Origin: an uncultured Verrucomicrobiae bacterium
Lineage (GTDB): Bacteria > Verrucomicrobiota > Verrucomicrobiia > Chthoniobacterales > JAFAMB01
Direction of reading: 5' to 3'
DNA length: 64,000 nucleotides
Assembly (NCBI GenBank): GCA_963837955.1
Contig: CAWIPH010000002.1
Coordinates: 3,040,001 to 3,104,000, forward strand
Made by a program: the position numbers and the translations under genes. Of the stretch, positions 50,822 through 60,997 are shown piece after piece (positions within the stretch are counted from its first letter, which is position 1; every line of letters begins with the position of its first letter). A model generated the notes under the pieces. It was not told the origin of the DNA. It did no database searches and saw nothing but the letters and a program-made list of their open reading frames with translations.

Positions 50822-52003
50822 ATGTCCACAGTAACGAAGAATAGCTATCCAACTCTCGATTTCGATCTCGGCTTTGAGATCCACCAATTGCGCGAAACCG
50901 TTCGTGCTTTTAGCGACAATGAAATTGCACCGCGAGCCGAGCAGATCGACCGGGAAGATAAGTTCCCTCGCGACCTCTGGACGAAAATGGGGGCTCTCGG
51001 ACTCCATGGGATCACGGTGGGAGAGGAGTATGGCGGCGCTGGTATGGGGTATTTGGCCCATGTCGTGGCCATGGAAGAGGTAAGCCGCGCCTCAGCATCG
51101 GTCGGCCTGTCTTACGGCGCACATTCCAACCTGTGCATCAATCAAATTAGCCGTAACGGCACTCCGGAACAAAAACAGAGGTACTTGCCGGGACTGATCA
51201 GTGGCGAGCATTTGGGCGCTCTGGCGATGAGCGAGGCCGGCGCGGGCTCCGACGTGGTGAGCATGCGCACTCGAGCGGACCGCAAAGGTGATGACTACGT
51301 GCTCAATGGTACCAAGATGTGGATCACCAATGGATCGGAAGCCGATACCATCGTGGTCTACGCCAAAACTGATCCTGATGCCGGTCCCCGTGGGATCACT
51401 GCTTTCATCGTCGAAAAGGGTATGAAGGGCTTTGCTGTGGCCCAAAAGCTCGACAAACTCGGTATGCGTGGTTCGCCAACCTGCGAGTTAGTATTCACTG
51501 ACTGCAAACTGCCGAATGAAAATGTGCTTGGTACCGAAGGGCGCGGAGTCAACGTGCTGATGAGTGGCCTTGACTATGAGCGTGTGGTGTTGGCCGCGGG
51601 GCCACTTGGCATTATGCAGGCCTGTTTGGATGTGGTGGTTCCGTATGTTCATGAGCGCAAACAATTCGGCCAACCCATTGGCGAATTTCAGCTGATACAG
51701 GCCAAACTCGCCGACATGTATACGACTCTCAACGCCTGCCGCGCCTACGTCTACGCGGTGGCCAAAGCATGCGACCGCGGCCAGACGACGCGAAAAGATG
51801 CCGCCGGAGCAATCCTCTACGCGGCAGAGAGGGCGACTTGGATGGCTCTTGAAGCGATCCAGGCGCTAGGCGGTAACGGTTATATTAATGATTACCCGAC
51901 CGGTCGCCTCTTGCGTGATGCCAAACTATACGAGATCGGGGCCGGCACATCTGAGATCCGTCGCATACTCATCGGTCGCGAGATTTTTAACGAGACAGTT
52001 TGA
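50822..52003 (+). CDS. ivd: Isovaleryl-CoA dehydrogenase
   Basis: [41 protein letters not shown]. Confidence 0.92.
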   Translation: MSTVTKNSYPTLDFDLGFEIHQLRETVRAFSDNEIAPRAEQIDREDKFPRDLWTKMGALGLHGITVGEEYGGAGMGYLAHVVAMEEVSRASASVGLSYGAHSNLCINQISRNGTPEQKQRYLPGLISGEHLGALAMSEAGAGSDVVSMRTRADRKGDDYVLNGTKMWITNGSEADTIVVYAKTDPDAGPRGITAFIVEKGMKGFAVAQKLDKLGMRGSPTCELVFTDCKLPNENVLGTEGRGVNVLMSGLDYERVVLAAGPLGIMQACLDVVVPYVHERKQFGQPIGEFQLIQAKLADMYTTLNACRAYVYAVAKACDRGQTTRKDAAGAILYAAERATWMALEAIQALGGNGYINDYPTGRLLRDAKLYEIGAGTSEIRRILIGREIFNETV

Positions 52004-52011
52004 GGAACTCT

Positions 52012-52797
52012 TCACGGCAGTCTCCAGCTCGGTTTGAGATCGCGGTAAATCGGCTGCGGTAGCTGGACAAGTAACGGATGTTTTTCTGCATCCAGCCACC
52101 GAATCAGGAACGTGAGATTGTTCAGGTCCATGGCCGTGCATCCAACGGTGGGAACTCCTTCGCCCTGCCAAAGGTGCAAGAATATGCAAGACCCAAAGCC
52201 CGGATTAGGCTTCCAATTATGCTCGACCACCACGATCCATTGATACAACCCATCCGATCGGAACATCTTTTCTGCGCTGGACCAATCTGGTCGATTCGTT
52301 TTGTTCCGATCGACCACTCGGTTGTAGTAGCGGGACCTTGTATCGTCGACTCCCTCCGTCGTCGCGATGATTTGCCTATAAGGAAAACAGAGAATTCTCG
52401 CGTCCCGTCGCGACGCAATCCCCATACAAGTATTCAATCGAAAAACGCCCGCTGGTGCTCGCCCATCACCTTCCTGTTTGCGCGGCTCTCCGAGCACGCC
52501 CGTGCCGTGCAACCCTATTCCCCAAGCCAACCCATTTTTTCCCACAACGCAGGGGAAACTCGAACGCACCACGATCCACTTTCCGGCCTGATTGCGTTCG
52601 AATAGCTGAATAACGCCGCTGACCGCGTTCCAGCTAGGCACTTTGACCAGGATCATTTGATCGCATTCGGATAACTCCTTTGTAGGCCTGACCAGCTGGT
52701 AAGACACGTGTTGCGGTAAAACACATCCAGCCAAAAGAAGAAACAGCGAGACAGCTCCGATGAAAACCCTGGAGAAAGGATCGAGTTTTTCCGTCAT
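52012..52797 (-). CDS. L,D-transpeptidase (YkuD-like) family lipoprotein
   Basis: LAGC lipobox, EGDGRAPAG, GSCIFLH..PTVGC. Confidence 0.85.
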   Translation of the reverse strand: MTEKLDPFSRVFIGAVSLFLLLAGCVLPQHVSYQLVRPTKELSECDQMILVKVPSWNAVSGVIQLFERNQAGKWIVVRSSFPCVVGKNGLAWGIGLHGTGVLGEPRKQEGDGRAPAGVFRLNTCMGIASRRDARILCFPYRQIIATTEGVDDTRSRYYNRVVDRNKTNRPDWSSAEKMFRSDGLYQWIVVVEHNWKPNPGFGSCIFLHLWQGEGVPTVGCTAMDLNNLTFLIRWLDAEKHPLLVQLPQPIYRDLKPSWRLP

Positions 52798-52949
52798 TGA
52801 TTTGTCGGTCGGAAGACGGACCCAGAGAAACGCGACCTAACTGCAACCACAAGCGAAAACCCCCAATCAATGGCGGTTCGGCCGCGCATGGGCGCAAACG
52901 GAAGGACGCAATGAGCCGCGTATCGATGTCCGAAGGGCCGAAGCCACCG

Positions 52950-53175
52950 ATCCCGCAGGGATACCATGAAAGTAGCCCAGCAATTTATTGCTGGGAATTG
53001 ATGCAAAAACCGGTCCCGTCCCGACAGGGACGATCGAAACGTTCAGTTATTGGCCTCCAATGTGACTTTACGAACGCAAGCCGTGGTCGATCATCCCATC
53101 CGGGACGGACGTGTTTTTTCAATCTTTACCCAGCAATAAATTGCTGGGCTACTTTCGTGGCATCCCTTCGGGATC
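52950..53175. repeat. Intact family A REP/REPIN element
   Basis: ATGAAAGTAGCCCAGCAATTTATTGCTGGG with inverted CCCAGCAATAAATTGCTGGGCTACTTTC and inner GTCCC..GGGAC hairpins. Confidence 0.85.
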
Positions 53176-53357
53176 CAGGGCTACATCTTTTCTTCATCTC
53201 TCGGCGGGACAAAACCAATCGAAATCGCGAGCCTTATGTCACTGTTCGTCGGCGTGCTTTCTAGATTCCGCCTTCGAAATTCTGAATTCAACTTTTGGGT
53301 TCATCGCTTGTTGCAAACCCTTCCCGACCTAATACGGTTCAGCGGACTTCGAATCCC

Positions 53358-53558
53358 ATGAAGAATCTTTCGCTTTGGCTCCCCTCCATCGGCTGCCTCG
53401 CTCTGCTGGCGACAAGTAGCGGCTGTGCGCGAAGCAGTTCCGCCACCAATGACAACTCCGCGGCTCTGCACTCGATCGGGTCGACTCCCGATGAAAGCCC
53501 AGATTATCAGCCACCGCGCAGTCCTTCCTATGAAGACCCCTTCAAAGGTTCGCGCTAG
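53358..53558 (+). CDS. Small putative lipoprotein
   Basis: MKNLSLWL..LLATSSGC lipobox-like; Pro/Ser-rich tail. Confidence 0.55.
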   Translation: MKNLSLWLPSIGCLALLATSSGCARSSSATNDNSAALHSIGSTPDESPDYQPPRSPSYEDPFKGSR

Positions 53559-54134
53559 CCAAGCCGGAAATTAGCGTTCGAAAATGACCGCAACCGGGAT
53601 GGTCCAACCCGGCGAACGCGGTGTGCTGAGCTCATCCTCTTCGATCAAGGACCTCTTCGTTGCCCTCCTTAGCAAATCCGAGCACAGCTAAGCCGGCAAT
53701 GATCTGGCTCGATGATCCACAATCCGGCTCGAGCCTGCTCCTCGGGATAAGTACCAGAAAGGGAACGATCAAATTTTGTCCCTATGAACGCCCCGCACGC
53801 TTTGGCCGTCGGGACTAAAATATAGAAGGCCATGGTTCATCTGAAAAATTCCCATTTCAGATCCACTTATTTTCATGTTTTTACGCCGCGATTCCGAATC
53901 CTGATCTCGTGACGAAAATGTAACATGTTCGTCATTACATTGAGGTGGTCGAAAGGGTTAAACAGACACTGTTTATAAAACTCGGTCGCCTCAAGTAGCC
54001 CTCTGCACTCTTGGCATCGACGATGACCGCCTCCTTGTTCGCAAAGGCGGTGTCTTCGATCCCAGGAATCGCCAGTCAAGCGGCCGATGAGCTGCCTCAC
54101 GAGCTCCATTAACAAAAGAAAGACAAAGAAATAT

Positions 54135-55613
54135 ATGCGCTCGACTCCAAGAATCTGCGCAGTCGCTCTATTGGCGGCTGCAACGACAATCCTCCCCAGC
54201 GTAGCTGCGGATAAGAATGACGAAACCGCTTATCCTGTCAGCCATGTGGTGGTGATCTTTCAGGAAAATGTTTCCTTTGACCATTATTTTGCGACGTACC
54301 CCTTTGCTGTGAACCCGCCAGGCGAACCGGTTTTCCATCCCAAACCCGGCACTCCGACGGTCAACGGCCTGAATGAGAACTTGTTGACGAACAATCCAAA
54401 TACGCTGCAGCCGGTGCGGCTGGATCGTTCGCATGTGAATACTGCCGACCAGGACCATAACTACATGGCTGAGCAACAAGCTTTTGACGCCGGCCTCATG
54501 GATAAATTCGTACAATTTACCGGCGTGCCCGAAGGAACCGGACCCAGCAAGGTCATGGACTATTTCGACGGTAACACAACCACCGCACTATGGAATTATG
54601 CTCAGGCTTTCGCCATGAGCGACAATTCTTACGGCACGGAATTCGGCCCGTCGACAGTTGGTGCCTTGAACCTCATCTCCGGCAACACCAATGGATCAAT
54701 CCCCGCAGACTTGGTAACCCCGTTTGGACCCGATTCAGTGAAGGGATCGGTAATTGGTGATCCGCAGCCCACCCTGGATAACGCGACGACTCGGGACAAT
54801 GTTAAGATGTCCGGCCTAAACGTGGGCGACTTGTTGAATAATGCCAATCTTACCTGGGGTTGGTTCCAGGGTGGATTTGACAATCCGGCTATTACTCATA
54901 CCGGGAGCAACGGTCTGCCGAAAGCTGATTACATTCCGCACCACGAGCCATTCCAATATTATCCGCAGACCGCTAACCCAACCCACCTACCGCCGACCTC
55001 CGTGGCAATGATTGGTAAAACAGATCAGGCCAATCACCAATACGATATCACCCGTTTTTGGATGGCGTTGCGTGCCCACAAATTGCCTGCTGTTTCTTTC
55101 TTAAAAGCGCCGGCGTATCAAGATGGTCACGCCGGTTATTCTGATCCGTTACTGGAACAGCAATTTTTGGTCGCTACGATTAACGAGCTCATGAAGTCAC
55201 CTGAATGGAGCAATATGGCGATCATAATTGCCTGGGATGATTCCGACGGCTGGTACGATCACGTGATGTCCCCGATCGTGAATCAATCTCAAACGATTTA
55301 CGACGCTCTGACCGGCCCAGGTACCGCCGGCACAAACCCTCCGCTGAATGGATTCCAAGGCCGAGCCGGATACGGCCCACGGCTTCCGCTCTTGGTCATC
55401 TCTCCATTTGCCAAGAAAAACTTTGTTGATCACACCATTACCGATCAATCCTCGATCTTGCGATTCATCGAAGACAATTGGGGCTTAGGGACAATTGGGA
55501 ACGGCTCTTTCGATGCGTTGGCTGGATCGCTGGTAAACATGTTCGACTTCAAGAACGGCAATCAGCCCAGCCTTTTTTTGGATCCGATCACAGGCGAGCC
55601 CGACGGTTTCTAA
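54135..55613 (+). CDS. Secreted phospholipase C / acid phosphatase (phosphoesterase family)
   Basis: HVVVIFQENVSFDHYF, PHHEPFQY, WDDSDGWYDH, GPRLPLLVISP. Confidence 0.92.
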   Translation: MRSTPRICAVALLAAATTILPSVAADKNDETAYPVSHVVVIFQENVSFDHYFATYPFAVNPPGEPVFHPKPGTPTVNGLNENLLTNNPNTLQPVRLDRSHVNTADQDHNYMAEQQAFDAGLMDKFVQFTGVPEGTGPSKVMDYFDGNTTTALWNYAQAFAMSDNSYGTEFGPSTVGALNLISGNTNGSIPADLVTPFGPDSVKGSVIGDPQPTLDNATTRDNVKMSGLNVGDLLNNANLTWGWFQGGFDNPAITHTGSNGLPKADYIPHHEPFQYYPQTANPTHLPPTSVAMIGKTDQANHQYDITRFWMALRAHKLPAVSFLKAPAYQDGHAGYSDPLLEQQFLVATINELMKSPEWSNMAIIIAWDDSDGWYDHVMSPIVNQSQTIYDALTGPGTAGTNPPLNGFQGRAGYGPRLPLLVISPFAKKNFVDHTITDQSSILRFIEDNWGLGTIGNGSFDALAGSLVNMFDFKNGNQPSLFLDPITGEPDGF

Positions 55614-55639
55614 GCAGCTAGCTTTACAACCTCGCGCTT

Positions 55640-55676
55640 TGTAGGGCGGCACCATTGCTGCATCCGCCGCCCTACA
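55640..55676 (+). repeat. GTAG-footed hairpin after plc (REP-like or terminator)
   Basis: TGTAGGGCGGC..GCCGCCCTACA. Confidence 0.55.
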
Positions 55677-56107
55677 TCTCTAAGCGGGACCCGATTGGGT
55701 CCCGCTCGTATTTTTGACGTTGCCAAGCGCTTGGGGAACGGCAACCCTCCCGCTGCCGGGATTTGCTGTCCCGATGCCGACATCAAGTGACGCCTTGTTT
55801 CAAAAACCACCTTCGATGTCACTTCAACACAACATCCTAATTGTAAGCGATTTACAATTATTGACTCACAGTGGCACAAAACCTGTTCTATCGACATGGA
55901 CCGAATAAACGGTGATTAACGAACGTCTAAAAGAGCTCGAGAGGAGTCTCATCATGAAAACTTCAAGAATTCCCAGAGAACAGAACCCGTACTTCCTCAG
56001 TGGACGCCGAAGGACGAGCTTTTTTAACTGGTTTATGCCACGGCGCAGTTCAGTGCGCAGCTCAGGAATCCTGGTAAAGGTCTCCTGACTATGAACCCTC
56101 CGCGCTT

Positions 56108-56348
56108 GTCGCGAGAAACGGCGTGACCAAGTCGCGAACCATTCCTCCTATCGAGGGCCAGGGGTTAATACTCCTGGCCTTCTCATTTTTTAATCGTCCT
56201 CTCGTCCTCGAAATACTGTGCGATTGCAACGAACGATTGTTTGACGAATTTTTTCGGCGCGCTGCGGCCGGTTTATTCCAGCTGGATCGATTCGGTTAGC
56301 GGACCAGATTTGAAATAGACGCCGTCAAAATATGAGCGGGCTCCGCGC
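56108..56348. repeat. Diverged direct repeat of 56796-57030
   Basis: Shared ATTCCTCCTATCGAGGGCCAGGG..CTCCTGGCCTTCTCATTTTTAA and GATTTGAAATAGACGCCGTCAAAATATG blocks. Confidence 0.85.
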
Positions 56349-56460
56349 CGTTCGACAATGGAGTGAGCCGACTTTAGTTTTTTTCGTTCCATAAATTTGC
56401 GGAAAGTGGATAGCGCGAGCAGCAACTTATTGGCTAGGGTCCTTCCCTTAACTCAGCAGC

Positions 56461-56688
56461 ATGAGTTCAGGCGACCAACTGCGTACACGGATCGGAGCGA
56501 AACCTTTTCACTCCTTCGCCATTGTGATACGGGATGGTCTACGCTTCGAAATTTCTAGCCCCGATGCCGCTCGGCTTACTCCATCGGGAGAGACCGTTTA
56601 CTTGCTCACCAAGAATGGTCGGCGGCTTTTATTGGATGTGACCTTTATTGAGCGGGTGGAAATTGGCGACGCCGATGTCGTCCGTTAG
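56461..56688 (+). CDS. Small conserved hypothetical protein
   Basis: AKPFHSFAIVIRDG.RFEI..P pattern in a compact beta-rich 75-aa ORF. Confidence 0.65.
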   Translation: MSSGDQLRTRIGAKPFHSFAIVIRDGLRFEISSPDAARLTPSGETVYLLTKNGRRLLLDVTFIERVEIGDADVVR

Positions 56689-56954
56689 TCTCATTAACAA
56701 TGGCGCTCACTCCGGCCGAAACGAGCGTGCCTTCCGATGGTATAGAACGCATAGACTCGCACTTCCTGCGGAAGAATAAATCGTGCATCGCGATTGTCGC
56801 CGAGAAGCGGCGTTAACAAGTCGCGAATCATTCCTCCTATCGAGGGCCAGGGTTATACTCCTGGCCTTCTCATTTTTAAATCGTCCTCGAATACTGTGCG
56901 GTCTGCCACGAACGATTGTTTAACGAATTTTCTCAGCGCGATACGCCAGCCAGT

Positions 56955-58055
56955 TTATTCCAGCTCGATCGGTTTGGTCAGCGGGCCGGATTTGAAATAG
57001 ACGCCGTCAAAATATGCGCGGGCCCCGCGCAGATAGGTGTCATTGCGAGCTTTGATTTCGACGCGCCGATCATCCAAGAAGCTAAAACTGATTTCTGCCG
57101 GCGGCTGGCCTTCTAAGGGGTCGGGATCCCGATAACTGCCGCTTCTACCCTTCAAAATGATGCGCCCGCTTACGTCGCCAACATGGAGGGTCGGGCCGCG
57201 AACCACGTTCAAACTGAATTTGATGCCTTTGCTGTCTTTTTCCAAATCCAACTCCCCTCCATACTCGTCATTGTACACAGCGCTAATACCCGCGGGTAAA
57301 CTATCGTCGAGCAAGCTTCGGATAAACTTGATTCGGGACATGGTCAGGTCTCGAAGGCTCTCCAGCCGAGCGACCTCTTTTGGCCGAGACTCAGTGTTCT
57401 CGGCAATTTCGCCGCTGTGGTCGGCAAAATCGTCCCGATACTGGATCCAAGCTCCCTCACGCTTCTTCAGATCAGCAAAAGAGCCGGCCGTTAGCTTTTT
57501 CTTGGCTTGCCCATAGATCTCGTTCAGCCAGCTGTCTGCCTCGTCGTAACGCCGTTGCGCTCGTTGCTGCAGTTCTTCATTGGACAGCTTTCGATAAGTA
57601 CCGCTGAGGTCATAGCTTTTCTTTCGCTGGTCGGTCAGTCCAGACGCTTTCACTTCCAGTTGCTGACTGTCGAGATCGCCTTCAATCGCGATTTTGGTAT
57701 TGCTCTTCTGATCCGGCTGTTCTTCCATTCGATAAACGCTCCCATCCAACTTCAGCGTACCGCCGAAGTAAAAATCTTCGTCGGGCGACGCATCGGCATA
57801 ACGGGTAAAGCTAAAATCAGAGCTCGCGCCGGCGGAACCAGGCGGATCAATCGTGAGCTCCGTCTGAGAGTCGCGCGCAAAGGTAGCTGCCTCCAACTTA
57901 TCGACCAAACAAGTGGCGAGAAGCAGCGGCGTGAGGATGAAGGTGCAGACGGAGAACAATCTGAACAATGGGCTCAGTTTCCGGAGCCGGGCATGAAACA
58001 CAGGACTTAAACAAATAAGCACTGCGCCAGTATAGCGATCTGATCGACTGACCAA
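56955..58055 (-). CDS. Exported protein with an LprI (DUF1311)-like domain
   Basis: ADSWLNEIY..LKKREGAWIQYRD..LTMSRI helical motif; start uncertain. Confidence 0.7.
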   Translation of the reverse strand: MVSRSDRYTGAVLICLSPVFHARLRKLSPLFRLFSVCTFILTPLLLATCLVDKLEAATFARDSQTELTIDPPGSAGASSDFSFTRYADASPDEDFYFGGTLKLDGSVYRMEEQPDQKSNTKIAIEGDLDSQQLEVKASGLTDQRKKSYDLSGTYRKLSNEELQQRAQRRYDEADSWLNEIYGQAKKKLTAGSFADLKKREGAWIQYRDDFADHSGEIAENTESRPKEVARLESLRDLTMSRIKFIRSLLDDSLPAGISAVYNDEYGGELDLEKDSKGIKFSLNVVRGPTLHVGDVSGRIILKGRSGSYRDPDPLEGQPPAEISFSFLDDRRVEIKARNDTYLRGARAYFDGVYFKSGPLTKPIELE

Positions 58056-58106
58056 AAGCTCACATTCTCAGTCCTCGCCAGTGGATTTTAGCGGATCAGC
58101 TCTGAA

Positions 58107-58244
58107 GAATAGCCGCAAAAGAACGCAAAAGAACGCAGAGAGAATTTGACCTGTCACCCGTCGTTTACTCGCAGCCGTGGTCAATGTTCTCTGCGCCATC
58201 TTTTCGTCTTTCTTTGCGATCTCTGCGTTCTTTTGCGGCTATTC
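58107..58244. repeat. Inverted repeat built from AAAAGAACGC units
   Basis: GAATAGCCGCAAAAGAACGCA.. versus ..TGCGTTCTTTTGCGGCTATTC. Confidence 0.75.
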
Positions 58245-58313
58245 ATTCGCGATTCACAATTGCGGCCGCCGCAGATTCAGAATGGCAACTGCGGCTTATG
58301 TCAAAAGCACCTA

Positions 58314-58440
58314 ATCTAGCGCCGCTTTCAAGGCGCAACGTTTGGAACACGTTTCCCGGGGTTTAAACCCCGGGCGGGAGGGCGCACGTCCTCGTGCGCC
58401 GCGGATCGCGAGGACGCGATCCCTCCCCCTTCCGGGGCAG
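58314..58440. repeat. Family C REP arm with a nested GGGAGGG..CCCTCCC hairpin
   Basis: Reverse-complement similarity to 37192-37238; internal palindrome at 58376-58427. Confidence 0.6.
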
Positions 58441-58549
58441 AGAACCAGAAAATCGGCTATGTTGAGGCATTGGGCGGCGGAGGACCCGCCCGAGTTCCTA
58501 AAGACGCCCCACGCCGATACGCTATCGTCCTTGCGTTAATCTGTGCGCC

Positions 58550-59281
58550 TCACTTCACCGCCGCCCAGACCCGATGGACATCGTCGTGATCTTCCAGCGC
58601 CTGCAGGAATTCACCTACTTCCGCGCGTTGGGAATCGGAAAGCGACGGAAACTGTTTCGCCAGATAACCGGTCTCGCTCGTTACGACGGTCCAACCCTCC
58701 TTCGTTAAAGCTTGAGACACGGCGTGGGTGGATGGTCGATCGGTGATGAAACGGGCGCCGGTGACTCCTTCAGGTATGCTGTCGTTCTCCAGATGTGAAA
58801 GCGTTTCCAGTTCGTTGGCCCCGGCTTCAATCGCCGCGGCTTCCGCGTCGACGTTGGTCCCAGCGTGATAAGCCTCGACCAGTCCAACATGATCAAAGAG
58901 AAATTTATTGCTGCTAGGGGCTCCGAGCTGACCGGATTTGAAAAGTTTTCGAATCTCCGGCGCCGTACGGTTCTGGTTGTCGGTTAAGACGTCGACGATC
59001 ACTGGGACTTTATGCGGCGCGTAACCTTCGAAAACGATGGAATGGAGCACAAGTTTCTCATCACCGACTCCAGCCCCTTTCTTGATGGCCCGTTCGATCA
59101 CATCGCGGGTAACACTGGCTTTTCGCGCCTTTTCCATGACTGCCGCGAGGCGGGCATTTCCACCAGGATCAGGGCCGCCCGACTTGGCAGCCACCATGAT
59201 TTCTTTGACGAGTTTACCGACAGCCTGACCCTTTTTCAGGTGCGCAACTTCCCGTTTTGCTTGGAGCCATTGGCGTCCCAT
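58550..59281 (-). CDS. yebC: YebC/PmpR-family protein
   Basis: GGPDP..NARL, IERAIKKG, TDN.NRT, LEDHDDV. Confidence 0.93.
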   Translation of the reverse strand: MGRQWLQAKREVAHLKKGQAVGKLVKEIMVAAKSGGPDPGGNARLAAVMEKARKASVTRDVIERAIKKGAGVGDEKLVLHSIVFEGYAPHKVPVIVDVLTDNQNRTAPEIRKLFKSGQLGAPSSNKFLFDHVGLVEAYHAGTNVDAEAAAIEAGANELETLSHLENDSIPEGVTGARFITDRPSTHAVSQALTKEGWTVVTSETGYLAKQFPSLSDSQRAEVGEFLQALEDHDDVHRVWAAVK

Positions 59282-59341
59282 AGAATTGCGAAACTATCGC
59301 GGCGAAAAGCCCGGTTTCAACGCCAATCGAGCCTCCGTCAC

Positions 59342-59372
59342 TTGCATATATCGATGAATGGCGATATATAAG
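59342..59372 (+). promoter_or_regulatory. ArsR-type operator overlapping a promoter
   Basis: Perfect IR ATATATCG-N8-CGATATAT at 59346-59369, overlapping TTGCAT-17-TATATA just before the GTG start. Confidence 0.7.
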
Positions 59373-59376
59373 ACCT

Positions 59377-59757
59377 GTGATCGAGCTTCTCGGCATTGCT
59401 AAAGTGCTTGGCGATCCAACTCGCGTTCGCGTTGTAGCCGTCTTGCGGCACGGAGAGCTTTGCGTGTGCGAGCTCGTGGACGCTTTAGGCATTAGCCAGT
59501 CTTCGCTGTCCAGTCATTTACAAATTTGTCGTCAGGCAGGAGTGCTGACCACGCGAAAGGAAAGTCGTTGGATTTACTACTCGCTCTCGACCCGCTACTC
59601 ACAGCTGATTAAGTGCATCTTCACCGAGTTACAGCTTGGCAGCGACGAACAATTACGCCGAGACGCAAAGCGGCTCAAAAAGAGGCTGCAGCTGCGGGAA
59701 GGAGGCCGATGCGTCGTAGGATTCGGTCAACCGGAACTGGCAGATGTCCTCGACTAA
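59377..59757 (+). CDS. ArsR/SmtB metalloregulator with ELCVCEL motif
   Basis: LGDPTRVR, ELCVCEL, SQSSLSSHL, WIYYSL; extra C-terminal Cys. Confidence 0.93.
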   Translation: MIELLGIAKVLGDPTRVRVVAVLRHGELCVCELVDALGISQSSLSSHLQICRQAGVLTTRKESRWIYYSLSTRYSQLIKCIFTELQLGSDEQLRRDAKRLKKRLQLREGGRCVVGFGQPELADVLD

Positions 59758-60982
59758 GATAGTTGTGCCAGAGCGTGCGGCTCCCGCTCTCCATGAAATC
59801 GAGCGGGGAATGCTGCTTCCTAAGTGTCGCAAGTGCGGTTGCATGAAGGAAGCCTTGGACGCCGCCAGGCGCACCTTTCGGAACGCAGAGGAACCGGAAA
59901 TCCGCGGTCTTCTTCCAACGATCGAAGGGCATGAGACCGCGATGGAGCCGATCGCTTATGATTGCATTGGCTGCAAAAAGTGTTGGGGTGCTGATGCAAT
60001 TATTCAGCTGGCCAATCGTTTTGAGCAAGTCGCACTGAGCGAATGTTCTAACGATGGCAGCGACGGTGGTACCAAGCGTGAGCACATATCCACTACCACC
60101 AATGGGCCGCATGAGTGTTCTTGGCCACCTCATCCAGGTGAGTACATCGTTGGCAATCCCGCAGGCTCAATTGCGATCTGCACCCTCTCTAATAGGGAGC
60201 TGCCACAGAAGCTTATTGCTGTGGCAGGACCCGACCTAGCTATTGCTGGCCGATGCGACACGGAAAACATAGGTATTGAGAAAGTGGTACTCAATGTGTT
60301 GGCAAACTCTCGGATTCGTTGGCTCATTCTTTGTGGAGTCGAGGCACCGGGACATCGGGCCGCAGATGCTTTCCTACGATTGAAGGAGCGAGGCGTTGAT
60401 CCGAACATGCGAGTCCTGGAATCGGCTTCGTGGCGACCGATACTGAAAAACTTGACTTTGTTCGACGTGGCCAGATTTCGGGAACAGATCGAACTGGTAA
60501 ATTTGATTGGAGTAACAGCTGTCAGCAAAATCATCGAAGCTGCCAGCGAAGTTGCCAAGAAGCCCGCCCCGACACTCAGTCTCCAGACACCGGACAGCTC
60601 CAATCAAATTGCATCTCGGGTTAAACGGTTAAAGGCTGCTGCCCCGAAAACCTTGCATCTCGACAAGGCCGGATTTTTTGTTCTTCTCCCCCAAGCTGCG
60701 ACCGGTGTGATTGTGTGTGAGCACTACGAGAATAGTGGCCGCCTGGCGCACGTGATCGAAGGATCTCAGGCCGCGCTAATCGCCGCGACGGTAATAGAGC
60801 GCGGACTGTTAACGCAGCTCGATCACGCAGCTTATCTCGGCCGTGAGTTGGCGAAAGCAGAAATTGCACTGAAGACTGGCTCGCATTACGAACAAGATGC
60901 AGCCTTGGGCCTCCTGCCTTCGAAAAACAGTCAGCGTACTGAACGGTGCGAGGATTTGGACTGTTCTTGCCAAGAACCATAG
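59744..60982 (+). CDS. Cys-rich N-domain + MtrA-like corrinoid domain + DUF4346-like domain
   Basis: CRKCGC and CIGCKKC; WPP.PGEY.VG, AICTL, TENIGIEKVV.N..AN..IR.LILCG.E..GH; LDKAGFF..LDHAAYLGRELAKAE..YEQD. Confidence 0.85.
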   Translation: MSSTKIVVPERAAPALHEIERGMLLPKCRKCGCMKEALDAARRTFRNAEEPEIRGLLPTIEGHETAMEPIAYDCIGCKKCWGADAIIQLANRFEQVALSECSNDGSDGGTKREHISTTTNGPHECSWPPHPGEYIVGNPAGSIAICTLSNRELPQKLIAVAGPDLAIAGRCDTENIGIEKVVLNVLANSRIRWLILCGVEAPGHRAADAFLRLKERGVDPNMRVLESASWRPILKNLTLFDVARFREQIELVNLIGVTAVSKIIEAASEVAKKPAPTLSLQTPDSSNQIASRVKRLKAAAPKTLHLDKAGFFVLLPQAATGVIVCEHYENSGRLAHVIEGSQAALIAATVIERGLLTQLDHAAYLGRELAKAEIALKTGSHYEQDAALGLLPSKNSQRTERCEDLDCSCQEP

Positions 60983-60997
60983 CCTCCACCCCACGCC

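Noticed and set aside
52797..53264. 155-aa ORF, and similar ORFs at 25872, 28947-29438 and 36979-37391
   Set aside because: They run through REP palindromes and give the same pseudo-peptides (for example MKVAQYEVLG) at each copy.
55871..55890. Sigma-54 promoter at TGGCAC
   Set aside because: The -12 position reads CTGT rather than TTGC, which is too weak to call.
56108..57030. Diversity-generating retroelement TR/VR pair
   Set aside because: Differences include indels and are not adenine-specific, and there is no reverse transcriptase in the window.
59744..60982. hgcA mercury methylase, or evidence of methanogenesis
   Set aside because: No N(V/I)WCA(A/G)GK cap helix, no C-terminal TM domain and no hgcB ferredoxin. 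The motifs are MtrA-type, and no other mtr genes are present.
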